A stretch of DNA of 64,000 nucleotides, from assembly GCA_013265495.1 (NCBI GenBank), contig MU058718.1:2317779-2381778 (forward strand), read 5' to 3'. Position 1 is the first letter of the stretch; each line of letters starts with the position of its first letter. The notes under the pieces were generated by a model. The model was not told the DNA's origin. It saw only the letters and a list, made by a program, of their open reading frames with translations, and did no database searches. Shown piece by piece: positions 38,115-51,280 of the stretch. A program made the translations under genes and the position numbers. The stretch is from Vicugna vicugna (lineage: Eukaryota).

Positions 38115-38629
38115 CTGGGAGTGGAGTAAGGATGAACGATGCAGTTTGCCACAGGGTGACTGTCTCTCCAAAACACAAAAGATTTGGTTGATCATTCTTT
38201 GGTTTCCTCCACAAGCACATTTTCTCTTCAGTCTCTGACCTCCCAGACTCTTCTCTGACTCCTGTCACTCCCAGATTCCTCTAAGTGCTTCCCCAGGTTC
38301 TGACCTCAGCCCTTTCACTTTCTGCTCAGGCCCTCACATCTTCAGAACTCACCTGCTAGCTAATGCCACCTGAAGCTTTGTCTCCAGTCCAATCAATGGC
38401 TTTCTTGGTTCCAATCCTACATGCTGAACCCACTGTGAAAAGCTATTCCAGGCTGTCCTGCTGGTGCCTCAGACTCAATAAATAATGTTTGAAATCAACT
38501 AACCACACCTTCCCCAAATCTCCAGACTTTCCTGTTTCTGAAGCAAAACTACCTTTTCCCCATCAGTAAGTTCAGTCACTTTTGACTACTTTCTCTTTTC
38601 CTTCCTCTCTGAAACTCTTCCTTACCTCC

Positions 38630-39194
38630 TGAGACAGGAGGGAAGAGAGCAGGGCACAACCATTGAAAGAATGACACAGCAATTAGCACCAAGATGGTGG
38701 AAGATTCAACTCCCAGAAGACCCTGAGCTTCATTATACACTCACTGTAATATATTAGCATGCTAAATGGCACTCCCACAGGCTCCAAGACAGTTCTGATA
38801 CTGACCTTAAAAGGTCAAAAAGTAGTTGGTGGCCCAGTTCCTGGGAATCCCAGTTCCTGGGAATCCCAGTTCCTTTCCCAAAAGTAGCTGGAATAATCCT
38901 CCCACTTGTCAGCACGTGAAGTTATCGAGCCCATAAAAACTAACCACCCCGCACCTTGTGGCCAATCTCATTTTCCTAGCTGACCCCTTGCTCTGAGGCT
39001 GCCGCTCTCCCTTCTGGGATGGCCTGCGCTCTGTCTTAATCTCTCTAAATAAATCTCCCTTCACTCTACTGTGGCTCACTCTTGAATTGTTTCCTGCGCG
39101 AAGCCAATGGCCCTCACTTGGTGGGGCGCATTGCAGGTTTCAGCTGAGACCTGGGGCACAGCCATCCTCTTGTGCCCCATTTTTTCCTGTATCA
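38630..39194 (+). mobile_element. ERV1 solo LTR, MER41-like, 565 bp, inserted in an L2 (~38290-39830)
   Basis: TGAGACAGG...CCTGTATCA termini; 4-bp TSD CTCC (38626-38629, 39195-39198); MER41-like blocks ATTAGCATGCTAAATGGCACTCCCAC, GAATAATCCTCCCACTTG, CCATAAAAA (TATA-like), AATAAA...TTCACTCTACT...TGAATTGTTTCCTGCGCGA. Confidence 0.9.
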
Positions 39195-40395
39195 CTCCCA
39201 TCCTCCAGCCTGGTCAAATATTTCTTCATACCCTCTCTTCCATCTATCCTTTTCCTCTAGTGCTACCATTTTCCCCCAGATCAACTCTATCACTCACACA
39301 CAGAGGGTGTGGTGACCTCTTGATTCACTTCTAATGCTTCCCCCAACTCACTACAAAGCAAATCTTTCTAAGGTGCTACTTAGATCCTCCACTCAAACAC
39401 TGGGAGGGGTCCTATCAAGTCCAGTCCTGTGAGCCTGGCATTCAAGGCCTTCTATCATGTTGCCCCCACCTGCCTTTCAACCCCTCTACCTTATTACTTT
39501 GTAATACAAATTTAGCATCCAGTTCAACAGACATTTTGCTCATTCTACAATCCACCATGTCCTTCCTGTCTTTAAACTTAAGCAAAACCTCTTCTCTATC
39601 TTTCTTTTCCTCTACATTAGGTACCACCTCCTCCTTAAATTATCACAGCCAGGTTCCTAGAGAGGGCTTTGTTTCAAATGGCACTAACCCATTCTCTTTT
39701 GCATTACTCACTGTGTTCATGTCTAATCTCCCCTACAGGCATTAAAGGCTTTGTCTTATACAGTTATATATTCCCCACACCTCTTGGCACATATTAAGCA
39801 CTACATATTAAGTACTTGTTTAATGAGGAAATGAAGAACACTTAGATCAAGTTGCCAAGTTACTATTCAGCCTTTCTGCCTCTGTGTAGGAATCACTTAG
39901 TGAAGGCCAACTGGCTGTACCATCAAAGGCAGCCTATTTTGGCAAAGATGCCTCCATATATCTACCATTTTGCAGTGTGACTTCTGTCTCTAATAAAACA
40001 AAGTACAAATTGTGATGTTTTAGTGGAGGAGACACCAGAAAAAAAGTTGCCATATGGGCAGGATGGGGCCATCTCTTCTGTCTTTGGTGCTTATGTTTGT
40101 TGTCCATGTGGCAAACCCTTCCCCCTTCTTTCTGGTAATGGACCCTGTATACTTTCTCTGGCCCCACTGCCCACCAGCCACAAGCATGGGAATGTGACAG
40201 GAGCATCCAGTCTTAGGAGTTTATCTGTACTTGGGCACTGGACCTAAGTCACACCAATTAGATCCTTCACACAGATTTTCTTGTGGAGCTAGAAGGGAAG
40301 TGGCTGTAAGGGTATTACCCTAGAACTACCATGGACCACATCTTCAACTAGAAAATAGTAGCCTTCTTATTGCCAATACCCACCTTAGCAAGTAT

Positions 40396-41113
40396 AATAT
40401 GATCTAGTAATCCCACTGCTGGGTATATATATCCAAAGGAATTGAAATCAAGATCTTGAAGAGATATTTGCACTCCCATGTTCATTGAAGCATTATTTAC
40501 AATAGCCAGGACATGGAATTACCTTCATGTCTATAAACAGATTCATGGAGAAAGAAAATGTAGTATATGCATACAATGGAATACTATTCAGCCTTTAAAA
40601 AGAAGGAAATCCTGCCATCTGTAACACTATGGATGGACCTGGAGGATATTATGCTAAGTGAAATAAGCCAGACACAGAAGGACAAATACTATATGATATG
40701 GCTTATATGAGGAATCTAAAATAGTCAAGTTCGTAGAAGCAGAGAGTGGAAGAGTGGTTGCCAAGGGCTAGAGGTATTAGTCACAGGGCACTGAGCTTCA
40801 GTTACGCAAGATGAGTGAGTCCTAGAGATCTGCTGGACTGCATAGTGCCTAAAGGTAGTATGACTCTCTTGCATTCTTAAAATCTTGCTAAGAGATTAAA
40901 ACTTATGTTAAGTGCTTTTATCACACACAAATAATAATAATAAGAAGAAGAAAGAAAGTGGGTGGGGGAAAACTTCTGGAGGTGATGAATGTTTATGACA
41001 TAGATTGTGGTGACGGTTTCACGGATGTCTACTTCCAAACTCATCAAGTTGTACACATTAAGTAGGTGGAGCTGTTTGTATGGCAATCATCTTTAATTAA
41101 ATGGTTAAAAAAA
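40396..41113 (+). mobile_element. LINE-1 3' end (L1MA/L1MB-like)
   Basis: ATATGATCTAGTAATCCCACTGCTGGGTATA...CCCATGTTCATTGAAGCATTATTTACAATAGCC...ATGCTAAGTGAAATAAGCCAGACACAGAAGGACAAATAC. Confidence 0.92.
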
Positions 41114-41164
41114 TCAGTCCTAATTCCCATCTTCCCCTAGCAACTAAAAAAGGAGAGGATGATG

Positions 41165-41430
41165 AGGATGTCATAAAATGACATCACCGGCTGATGCACT
41201 GCTCTGCTCCAGGCAGATGAAAATCCTAATCAGTTTACACTTTTTAAATGTTCTGAGGGCCATGGCGGGGTGGAGCAGTAGATACCTGTAAAGCGGTCAC
41301 TTCCTGGCATGATGTTCTTTGACAGGTCGGGAACTAGATGCTGCGTCTGGCCAGAGAGGAACTGAACTTTCTATTAGTCATGTGACTTGACTGAACGGCA
41401 ATCCGTTTGTGGCTTGCCTTGTGGTTTCCA
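41165..41430. promoter_or_regulatory. Candidate myeloid-type enhancer (ATF/CRE-like, ETS, PU.1, MITF/TFE E-box, RUNX motifs)
   Basis: TGACATCA 41179-41186; ACTTCCTG 41299-41306; AGAGGAACTG 41355-41364; AGTCATGTGACT 41376-41387; TGTGGTTT 41420-41427; non-repeat sequence; motif evidence only. Confidence 0.4.
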
Positions 41431-42656
41431 GGTTTCTCATACCCCTACGAAACACTGAGTAATCTACTGTGGGAACAAACTTAATTCAGTTTAGCCCCCA
41501 CTTTGGAGAAGAGGTCACAGGACAGCATGTGTCTGTTCTATTATTACCCCATTGCTCCTGTCCATAATGGATGTTTATGATTCATTGCTTGTGGAGGAAT
41601 CACTTATGTCAAAATTTGCCAAATATCTTCTGAAAAATCCAAACAAAAAGCCTAGTTCCCCAATTTTGGGATTAGGTCTGAATGGCTCATTTTTAAGTTC
41701 CTCAGGGCCACACATCAAGCCGCTGATAGTAAAGACCAAGGAGACTTAGGAAGCTAAGCCTAGGCCTGGGAATATGGGGCGACAACCTTAGAACCCGGTC
41801 CCTGCTAAAGTTCTCAGAGGAGAAAGGCTTCCTGAGGCCAGGCTGGGGGGAGGGATGATGCAGGGGCTGCAATGGTCCTCGCGGAATGTTTTCAAGGCAT
41901 GGCAGACCAGAGAGCATCTATCTATATCTGTCCATGACAGGCTTAAGGGGCCACTGGCCAACCTCATTCTTGGAACATCAGTCCCAAATGACATTCCATG
42001 GAAATGTTAAGGGGAACAACTTTGGAAAATTAGCTTAAAAAAATTTAAACATGTTTCTTTACTGCAGGATTTCTATCAGCCCTCAATATATATTCATCTT
42101 CATTATGATTCATTGTGAATCTTCAGTAGAATGTTATTTTTCTCAAATTTATTTGACCAGGAGATCTCCCCTCACCTTTTAATAGTACAACTATTAGCAT
42201 TTGAAAAATTGTTAATAGGGTTGACAAAACTCTAGTCTTAAGAAGAATCCAGGAAGCTCCAAACTGGCTTTCATTTGAAGAGTCTCCAGGACTTTTTGAT
42301 GGCCACCTCAGAATGAATGACAGGTCTAACTCCTGGGATTTTTTTTTTTGTCTTTACCTCTGGATTTTGGGTCTGGGAAGTGAGTCCCAAAACCTAGAAT
42401 GGCTCCAGAAGAGGTCCGGTCTCCCTGAGGGCTTTGGACCGCAGCCAGTGTGTAGCTGACTGGCCCTACAGGAGCTCTGCAAAATACGCAGTGTGGTCTA
42501 GTGCATGAGAACACTGGCTCGGGAGCTGTGTAACTTGGATAAGTTACTTAGTCTATGTTTCAAATTCCTCATATGTAAAGTGGGGGTAATAATAGCACAC
42601 ATAATCCATGTGGTAATATGAGGAGTTGATGAATTAATACATGTAAAAGCACGTAA

Positions 42657-42791
42657 GAGGGAAGGGTAAAGCTCAGTGGTAGAGTGCTTGCCTAGCACGC
42701 ACAAGATCCTGGGTTCGATCCCCAGTACCTCCATTAATAAACAAACAAACAAACATAATTCCCCACCACCACCACCAAAAACAAAACAAAT
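42657..42791 (+). mobile_element. tRNA-derived SINE (vic-1-like) nested in a MIR (42515-42850)
   Basis: GGGAAGGGTAAAGCTCAGTGGTAGAGTGCTTGCCTAGCACGCACAAGATCCTGGGTTCGATCCCCAGTACCTCC + A-rich tail; MIR continues on both sides. Confidence 0.93.
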
Positions 42792-44479
42792 TAAAAGGCT
42801 CATAAAACAGTGCCTGTCATGCAGTAAATGCTAAATAGCATTAGCTATCATTGGGTCTGGACCTCAGTCTTTGAGGCTGTCCTATTAATGGAGATGGTGG
42901 GTGGGGAAGACATTTGTCTCTGCCTTTGCCCAAGTCAGTGGCCCTCAACTGGTAGATTCAGTCTAAGTGCAAACTAGCAATAAAATTTTTTTCCACATGC
43001 AGTCTTGTCCCTCAAAACTGACCACAGATAAACAGCACCACTATGGAATGCTGGAAACGTATAGTTTCTTCTCAGAAAAAGTAAGCTTTTTTTTTCTCTA
43101 TCTGATGAGAATGAAACATGAATACTTCGTTTCTAGGATTGTTTATGGCACTGTACCTTTGTGTATCCCTAAGGCTGAATAAGTTTTCCTTGTCTCATCT
43201 CACCATGACCTTCAGAACTTGCTTATTCAATCTAATAGTGGTTAGTGCAAATTGTGGGTTGCTTCCTTCTGATCCAGCTCCAGCAGTAAAACTTAGAATG
43301 GGAGAGAATCCAGGGTTTCTGGCCCATTCTGGAATGACATCAGGTCATCTGAAGTTTAGAAGATATCTATGAAGACAGAGACGGAAAATAGGTTCTACTT
43401 ACTCCTGCCATGTTTGGCTGAAGTTAAGCTCATTTTTTTTTTTTTTTGCCTGATAATACCATCTAATGGTGGTCTAAGTTGATTTCTTTCAACTAACTGA
43501 ATTAAATGAACTCAATAAATCCGACATTTAATGAGTTTAACTAAAACTACATAATCAGCTTTCACATTTTCCTCAACCAATGTGAATAAAAATTCATTGC
43601 ACTATCTCTTATGTGGATGGAAAACAAGACAATGACAAAAAGGGAAAAAAATTTAGCTATGAACAATCACTAGAGAACTCTTCATTGATTCGTAATTTGC
43701 ACTAATCATTGATTTACTTTACTCCTAACATTGCATTATTTCCTTTTCTCTTATATCTCTCTAGGTAATGTGTAATCTGCACATATAAATAGTTGGGATA
43801 AATGCTTTAGTATGTTAGTAATTAAAATCATGTTTAGTAATGCAAAAGTTTAGGTTTTACAGGTGATCTCAGCTGAGTTCTAGAACCCTGATGTTATTTA
43901 AGTGGGTTTCCTTGAAGAAATCAGAAGATAGCTAAAATGTTGATTCTTGGTTTCAAGCTGAGATTAGATAAACAGAGTATGGTAACATTAGTTATCTTCT
44001 AAAGATTTAGTACTTGGATTGAGTAGTCCTTATTAATATAAAATAAGAAAACTAGTGAATTCATTTGCAGTTTGATAGGAAAAGCATTCTTGGGTTATGA
44101 AAGATGGGAAAAAGGTATGATTCTGAGATTTCCGTCCAGGTAAACTAAGATTCGTTTAACTAAATACCCTGGGATGAAGGGAGAACATACCAACAAAATT
44201 AAAAGTTATTTATGCTATTTAAATTATAATATGTAAATATATTGATATACAGTCATTAACTGATTGACAAAATTATAATTAACAAAGCAAGCAAGCAGGG
44301 AAGCAATGTCCTAATGTCCCATAAATAAATGTGTATTAATTATTCTACAAGATGATATAATCCATCAACAATCCTTGGTCCTGCTGAATCTCTCTGTCAC
44401 CCCCAAGGTCAAAGCAATGTGAAGATAGATTCTATACTTAAGGATGCTAGAGTCATATTTAGGTAAAAAGGTAGAAACA

Positions 44480-45132
44480 TAGAAATTCCAGTTCTTAGTG
44501 TATATACTGGAGACACTCTTGCAAATGTACACCCACAGCAGGGCACAAGGAGGTTCACTGCAGCAACATGGTCTGTAATATTTGAAAGTTTACAATTTTA
44601 AAATGCCCACCAGTAGGTGAAATGGATGAACAAATTATAGTGTATTTTCAGAATGGACTATAACCAATAGTTAAACTGAGTAAACTCGATCTGTATTTAT
44701 GAATCTTGAAAAAACAACATTAAGTGACAAAAACATGTTGCAGACTAATACTTTATAGTATGATAAGGCTTGGGTAATCTATTGTAAAATTGTTTAAAGA
44801 TGCACAAAACTGTACTGTATGTTATTTGCAGATATATACTTTACATAGATGTATATTCATATACATTTCACATATATATGATTTTCATATATATGGCGTC
44901 ACTTTCCCATCTATATATAGGAAATTTAAGAAAGTTGTTACCTACAGGAGGGAAGGAGAACAGGTTTGTGGAAGAATATAAAAAAGACTTCAATTGTATG
45001 TGTAATGTTTTATTTGTAAATAACAAGTATATTAATCATATGTTAAATTTTAAAAAATGAGTAGTAGGTAAGGTGTCATTGTATATTACTGTGCACTTCT
45101 TATGTACTTAAAATATTTCATAATTAAAAAAA
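44480..45132 (+). mobile_element. Old LINE-1 3' fragment (L1MC/ME-like)
   Basis: AGAAATTCCAGTTCTTAGTGTATATACTGGAGACACTCTTGCAAATGTACAC...ATGGATGAACAAATTATAG...AAATATTTCATAATTAAAAAAA. Confidence 0.75.
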
Positions 45133-46139
45133 GGATTAAGCCATAGGTATAGGCTCTTTAAAATTCATCACCATCGTTCCACCTTTAAATGATGAGGAAA
45201 CCAAAGGGCTTATTCCAAGGAGGATACATTTGCCTTGCCAGAGCCAAGAGACAATCCAGCCTCTTCTTTTGGACAGAAGGGACAAGGTGACTAATTGCTC
45301 CGAGGCAAGTCTGCAATCGGGAAGGACATCTAGTTAGTGGTTAATACTCTTCTAGAAGTACTACTTTGGGAAATTCAAGTAATGCACTGTTGTCTGTAAA
45401 TAAACTTGAGTCTGACCTTTCCTCCAAGTTTATGTGTGGTTGGGTGAGCCCTGCCCAATTTCCCTGGCCCTCGTCTTTCCCAGCTTTTCCCAGCTGGCCC
45501 TTCAGCTCTCTCTACCAGCAAATGAAGTGCCACTGATTTCAAGCAGGAAGTCCCTAGCCAGTTTCTCTCCCTGCCTCACCGTCCTTGTCTGTCTCACTCG
45601 TCCAGATTAACAAATGACGAGTCCTCTGTGTGGGTCCTGTCCACACCTGACTGAGCCCTGGGCCCACCTGGAAGCTGGCTACAGCCCCTAACCTTTAAGT
45701 CTTCTCCTGCCAGTAATTCAGCTGCCTCGCTTCCTGAGCTCCCAAAAGCCTACTGCACTTGTGAAGTAATACATTTCTCTTGCTTTTGGCTGGGCCGTCA
45801 CTTCCCCAGCTGAGGCCAGATCTCCCGGTGTTAGACTTTCTCCTCACAGCCTGGACTTCTCCTTTGAGGGCTCATCACAGCTGCAGTTAGATAATTAATT
45901 TCACAGTTAGTTTAATGTTTGCTTCTTCTCCAATGTAGGCTCCCATGAAGGCCTGTGCTGTGTTCCCAACATGATAAGCAACCCTAGTCATAGAATATAT
46001 ATACTGATTAATGAATGACCGAGTGAAAGCAAACTTTCCCTGTACACAGAAGATTGAATACAAATATATATGTGTATATATATATACTAAGAGTTAAAGC
46101 GGGATGTACTAAAATTTTAGTTTTTATAAGTTGTCCCTT

Positions 46140-49100
46140 TAAAATTTTTTTGAGAAATTTCAAACATATATTCAGAAGATAATTGATTATAATGAACTCT
46201 TTATGCAAATACTTCTCTGTGAGTGTTAGTAATGATGAACATCTTTTTCTTTGCTGAAGTATTTAAAGCAAATTCTAGACGCCATGTCATTTCACCCCTA
46301 AATATGTCAGTATGCAGCCCCACGTAAAAAGCTCATCTTCCTAATTGCACCTAACAAAGTTGACAATTGTTCCTCCTGAAAAGCTAGCCCATTTTCAGCT
46401 TCTCTGATTGCCTTTTTACAATTGTTAAAAGAAGTTTTACTACAGACACTAGGATGGACTTTTTGGCAGGACCATCTCATAGGTGGTACCGTGTACCTCA
46501 GACTGCAGCAGCTCAGGAGGGCACCATAGCTTGCTGTTCCACTGTTAGTGTCAGCAAGATCCGTCAGTGTGGCCAAGGTGATGGCTGGTCTCTCCAATAT
46601 AAAGTTTTTCCTTTCTCCTTATCATCAAGTAGTCAGTGCTTGGCATTCTGCAAATAGCTAGTTCCCACTGACCTTACTTCTAGAGTTTTAGCATCCGTCG
46701 ATGACCAATTATTCCATTAGGGGTTGTAGGATAGATGTTTTTGGATTCTATTATTCCTTTCTACACTTAGTAGCTCTCAATGTTTTGTAATGTGGCAATT
46801 TCCCCCATCAGGTAGGGCTACGTGGATACTTTGAAACAGAATTTGTATAGGAAAGACACAGTAAATGCCAATTCTTCCTCTTTCATTCCCGTTGTAGAAC
46901 TAGAGTTCATGCACACACTATTTCCAATGGACAGAGAGTATTTTTTGAGGTCTTTTTCTTTTCTGAGTATTATAAACTCCTGGACTTTTAAATATTTAGT
47001 ATGATTTCAATCAATTAATCTTGATTCTTTTTATTCTCAAAAACTGTGGAGAACACATTCAAGCTGGCTCCCTTGTCCTTTATAAATGACTTCAATCACC
47101 TTTGAAACACTGCATCACTTTCGGGCACAACAGAATGTTTCAAGGTCATATTGTACATTTCCTTCCTTCCTCCCTTCCTCCCTCTCTCTCTCTTTCCATT
47201 TTTCTTTCTTTTTTTCCTCTGCAAACCTGGAATTACTCATTTCTCTAATTATCCTCTTTAGTGTTTTGGTTTATTTTCCTGGGCCTGGGGATGGTATTTT
47301 GAGACCGAACTCTCCGTGTTGCAGGGGCTCATTGTTATTGGATTTTTCAGTGGTCAGAGGCACAAAAATGTATTTTAAAAATTATGAGTTCATATTGGTA
47401 TTTCCAATAAAAATATGATTACAGAAGTTTTACTGAATTTGACTTTATTCTCATGTCTATTTTTAACCTAAAAATGTTGTTTTCCTATATGTTAACTTAA
47501 TTGCTTATTTACTTTATCCTGCAATATGTGTTTCAAAATAACAGTAATAACAGTATGAATATTACTACTAGTAACAAAACGAATGAATAATGTCACAATA
47601 AATAATTTTTGTGTTTATAATTACTTCCTTTGGGATACATTCCTAAAAGTGGGATGACTGGGTCAAGGATAAATACATATCATTTTTTCTAATTATTGCT
47701 AAATTCCTCTCTTCAGGGGTTGCACAATTATGCATTCCCACCAACAATGTATGAGTTCCAGTTTCTCCACAACCTGGTGAACAGAGTAAATTGTAGGAGT
47801 CTGGATTTTTGTCACTCTGTTGGTGGAGAAATAATACCTCATCGTATTTTAATTTTAATTTTCCTTAGGTGAATGAGGTTGAATTTTTTCCTATGTCTAA
47901 AGGCCATCTGTTTTTATTTTTCTATAAACTATCTATTCATGTCTCTACCAAATTTCCTATCAGGTTGTCAGTCATTTTTCCCCAAACTGTACTGAGATAT
48001 AATTGACAACACTGTGTAAATTTAAGATGTAGACTGTGATGATTTGACACAGGTATATATTGCAAAATGACTACCATGATAAGATTGGGAAACACTTCTC
48101 TCATCTCACATAATTACTACTTGTTGTTGTTGTTTTTGTTGTGAGAACATTTAAGATCTACTTGCTTAGCAACTTTCAAGTATATAATATAGAATTGTTA
48201 ACTATAGTCATCACATTGGACATAGATCCCTGGAACTTAATTCATCATATAGCTGGAAGTTTGTACCCTTTGACCAACATCTCCTCATTTCCTCCACCCA
48301 GGCGGCCAATCTCTTTTTTCTCAGTCTATAATAGATCTTTTTATATAGATTAGCTCCAGGATAAATATTGCAAAAAATCTCCCGCAATTTGTCCTTTGTT
48401 TTTTGCCTTAGCTTATACAGCTTTTTACCATGTGAAGGCTTTTTTATTTTCTTGGGTCTGGATATTGAGATCCAGATAGGAAGGTTTTCCTCACTCCCAA
48501 GTTTTAAATGAATTCACTCATGTTGTCTTTTAATACTAATGTGGGTTTTTTTTTGTACATTTAGACCCTTAATCCATTTATAATGTATTCCTGTGTATGG
48601 TATGAAATATGGACCTAATTTTATCTTTGTTTAAAGGCTAGTCATTCTAAAATTTCTAAGTCAAAACATTTTTAAAGAGAATGTTTTAAAATCCATCTTT
48701 TCCTCCTTGATTTGAAATGCCATCTATATCGTTTATTACATTTCCATATAAATTTGGCTCTATTTTTGTACTTTCTGTTGTTCCATTGGTCTGCCTTTTT
48801 ATGCATTGATATCATACAATTGAATTACAGAGGCTTTTACAATATGTTTTAATACTTTTTAGGTGCTATCCTCCACAATTGCTCATTCTTTCCAGGCTTT
48901 TTCTCTCCTGGCTATTCTTGCTGGTTTATTTATTTATCTTTTTGCTGTTGTCATTGTTGAGGAGGGAGATAATTAGGTTTATTTATTGATTTAAATGGAG
49001 GTACTGGGAATTGAACCCAGGACCTTGTGCAGGCTAAGCATGTGCTCTACCACTTGAGCTATACCCTCCTCCCCTTTATTTATTTATCTTTTAGCATTAT

Positions 49101-49670
49101 CATTTATCTAGCTCCAGAAAAGTAATCTGATGTTAATTTTTTATTGGGATGGCATTACATTAATTAAATAACTTAAAACTGGTATCTTTTTCATGTTAAG
49201 ACTTCCTATCCAGAATATATCTTTCTATGTGAGCTGGTTTACTCTCATATAATATTTAAACCAAAAATTGACAGTGTTTTGTAATTTGCCTTTTCATTTT
49301 CTTAACTGTGTACCTTGGAGATGTTCTACCTCAGTACACATAGAACCATCTCATTTTTTAAGGCTATGAAGTATTTCCTTATATGAATGCACCACAACTT
49401 GTGTCCTTTTGCTGGGCATTGTTTTTGCTACTATAAATATGCTATGATGAAAAATCTCTAGACATGCATGGGCAAGTAGCTCTGCAGAATCAATTCCTAA
49501 AAGGGGAATTTCTGGGCCAAAGTATATGCACACATTCAAAGTTTTGCCAAATTGCCTTTGAAGAATTATATCATCTCTCACTCCAACAAAGACTGAATGA
49601 GAATCCCTGTTTCTCACACACTCACCAGTCCTATATAGGATCAATGTTTATGATCTTTATAATCTGATAT
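46140..49670 (-). mobile_element. Mosaic of old antisense LINE-1 fragments (L1MC/ME-like) including an L1MA-like 3' end at ~47975-48300
   Basis: CATTCCCACCAACAATGTATGAG, GAGAACATTTAAGATCTACTTGCTTAGCAACTTTCAAGTATA, TCTGTTGTTCCATTGGTCT etc.; boundaries approximate. Confidence 0.75.
48943..49074 (-). mobile_element. tRNA-derived SINE (vic-1-like) with long TSD
   Basis: GGAGGTACTGGGAATTGAACCCAGGACC...TGAGCTATACCCTCC; TSD TTTATTTATTTATCTTTT at 48925-48942 and 49075-49092. Confidence 0.93.
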
Positions 49671-49809
49671 TTTGGCACCATTGGTCCCAGCCCACCTTGG
49701 CCAGCTTCTCTAGACCCTACTGAGCCTTCATGTGAAATGACTAAACAGGAGCCATCAGGACTGCTCTGCCTAGGGGTGTGCTTGATGGTATTACCTGGAT
49801 TTGCCATGG

Positions 49810-50052
49810 CACCTGGGGAACTCTGGGGGATGGTATAGCATATGCCTCAGAACTATACTAACCAGGAGTGAGGAAGTTAGAGTATTTGTCTACTAATTCT
49901 CCATCTACCAATGGACTGTCAGGGTCATTAACTTTGACATTTCTGGCTCAGCCTGTGAGCTTGCTTCCTGTCCAGGTGGAGAATCACAGGTGTTCTCATC
50001 ATCAGCAAGAACGCTGAGAGGATCAAACGGGGTACCAACAGTGTCGGCTGGA
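49810..50052 (-). mobile_element. ERVL LTR relic (LTR16-like)
   Basis: TATGCCTCAGAAC...GAGGAAGTTAGAGTATTTGTCTACTAATTC...GGGGTACCAACAGTGTCGGCT resembles reverse LTR16. Confidence 0.55.
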
Positions 50053-50635
50053 AATCTCCAACAGGAAACCACATTTCATGCCCAAAGAAGCAAAGCAAAA
50101 TAAGTTTCACACTGCGACAGAGGGCAGAATGTAGCACAGAAACAGATGCAAGATATAGAGCTCTTGAAACAGATATAAATAAAATGTTACAGGTTTGTGC
50201 AAATAGGGGAGAGGAGAGGCTGAGAGCCACAGGAAGAGAGAAACCATTCACTGAGTTAAAAAAAAAAAAAGTCTGTAGCAGGCACTTTGCAAAGCCTTCT
50301 TAGTAATCTATTGATAAGGATTTGGTACTTAAGAGTCAACTTTGAGCAATTCCAAATTATCTTGGGGCAAGGACATCATGAGATAAATAGACTCTGGGAG
50401 AATGAACAGTGAGGGGAGCATTTAGACTGGACCTGAAGAAAGGTGATTCTCTTAATCCCACCTGGTGAAAGGTTTTCATTACCTCCACAGAGAGGAGGAA
50501 TTGTAAGTTTATGTCAGAATCTCATTGTACGTTTTTATATCTGTACGGGATATTTTAAACTAATAGAGTCATTCTCAACTAATTCTTCTATGATTTTCAT
50601 ATAAAGCTCTGAGTTAAAGAACTCTTGTAGATACT

Positions 50636-50762
50636 GTTGTTGTTATTATTTATTTGTTTGTTTACTTATTTTATTTTATTTTAGTGGAGGTACTGGGGAT
50701 TGAACCCAGGATCACAGGCATGTTAAGCATGCACTCTATCACTAAACTATTACCCTCCCCCC
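50636..50762 (-). mobile_element. tRNA-derived SINE (vic-1-like)
   Basis: GGAGGTACTGGGGATTGAACCCAGG...CATGTTAAGCATGCACTCTATCACTAAACTATTACCCTCCCC preceded by T-rich tail. Confidence 0.9.
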
Positions 50763-50821
50763 TTAGTTATTTAAAACTTTTTACATTCTTCCATTTCAAG
50801 CGGTAAAACTACTTCCCCAAA

Positions 50822-51030
50822 GGTGGTACAGGCTCTGGACTCAAACTGCTTGCATTTGAACTCCATGTCTACTAATTGCTTAGTTGGATGAGCTTGAGCA
50901 ACTTTCTGAACTTCTCTGAGCTTCTGTTCCCTCATCTGTAGGATTAGGAACCTACCCGATAGGAATGTGATAAAGATTAAATGTCTCTATAAATGCCTGG
51001 CATATTACAAGTACTCCATAAACATCAGGT
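50822..51030 (+). mobile_element. MIR SINE
   Basis: GGCTCTGGACTCAAACTGC...TTGAGCAACTTTCTGAACTTCTCTGAGCTTCTGTTCCCTCATCTGTA...TGCCTGGCATAT. Confidence 0.8.
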
Positions 51031-51236
51031 ATTCTGTTAGAATAACAGTTCTGGGAAGCCTTAATTACAGAAGTCAAGGTTTAGATGCTCCAAATAAATG
51101 CATCTGGTGAAATAACTCTGCTGGCAGAAGGCTGCTTCATCAAGCCCATTTGTGCCTGAGCATGCTCGCGCTGCCAGCAGGGACAGGCTGCTGGTATCAG
51201 CGTTGTTGTTCTAGGCCTGTGGGCATACTCAGTTAC

Positions 51237-51280
51237 CTGATTTGGAGAGAAAGACTCCAGGATTGTGAATCTTTATTGGC
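51237..51280 (-). CDS. Candidate exon (44 bp, phase 2->1), open: (K)PIKIHNPGVFLSKS
   Basis: Acceptor cctctgctctttattag|GCCA, donor CAG|gtaact; in frame with 52105-52265. Confidence 0.5.

Noticed and set aside
38833..38874. Short direct repeats as a possible CRISPR-like array
   Set aside because: Head-to-tail 16-bp tandem duplication with no spacers, inside a mammalian LTR.
42657..42732. tRNA-like sequence with intact A and B boxes
   Set aside because: Followed by an A-rich tail, nested in a MIR and present in seven diverged copies: a SINE head, not a tRNA gene.
49928..50251. 107-aa ORF and an alternative-frame acidic peptide (FPADTVGTPFDPLSVLADDENTCDSPPG...)
   Set aside because: Overlaps an LTR16-like relic and lacks a canonical acceptor.
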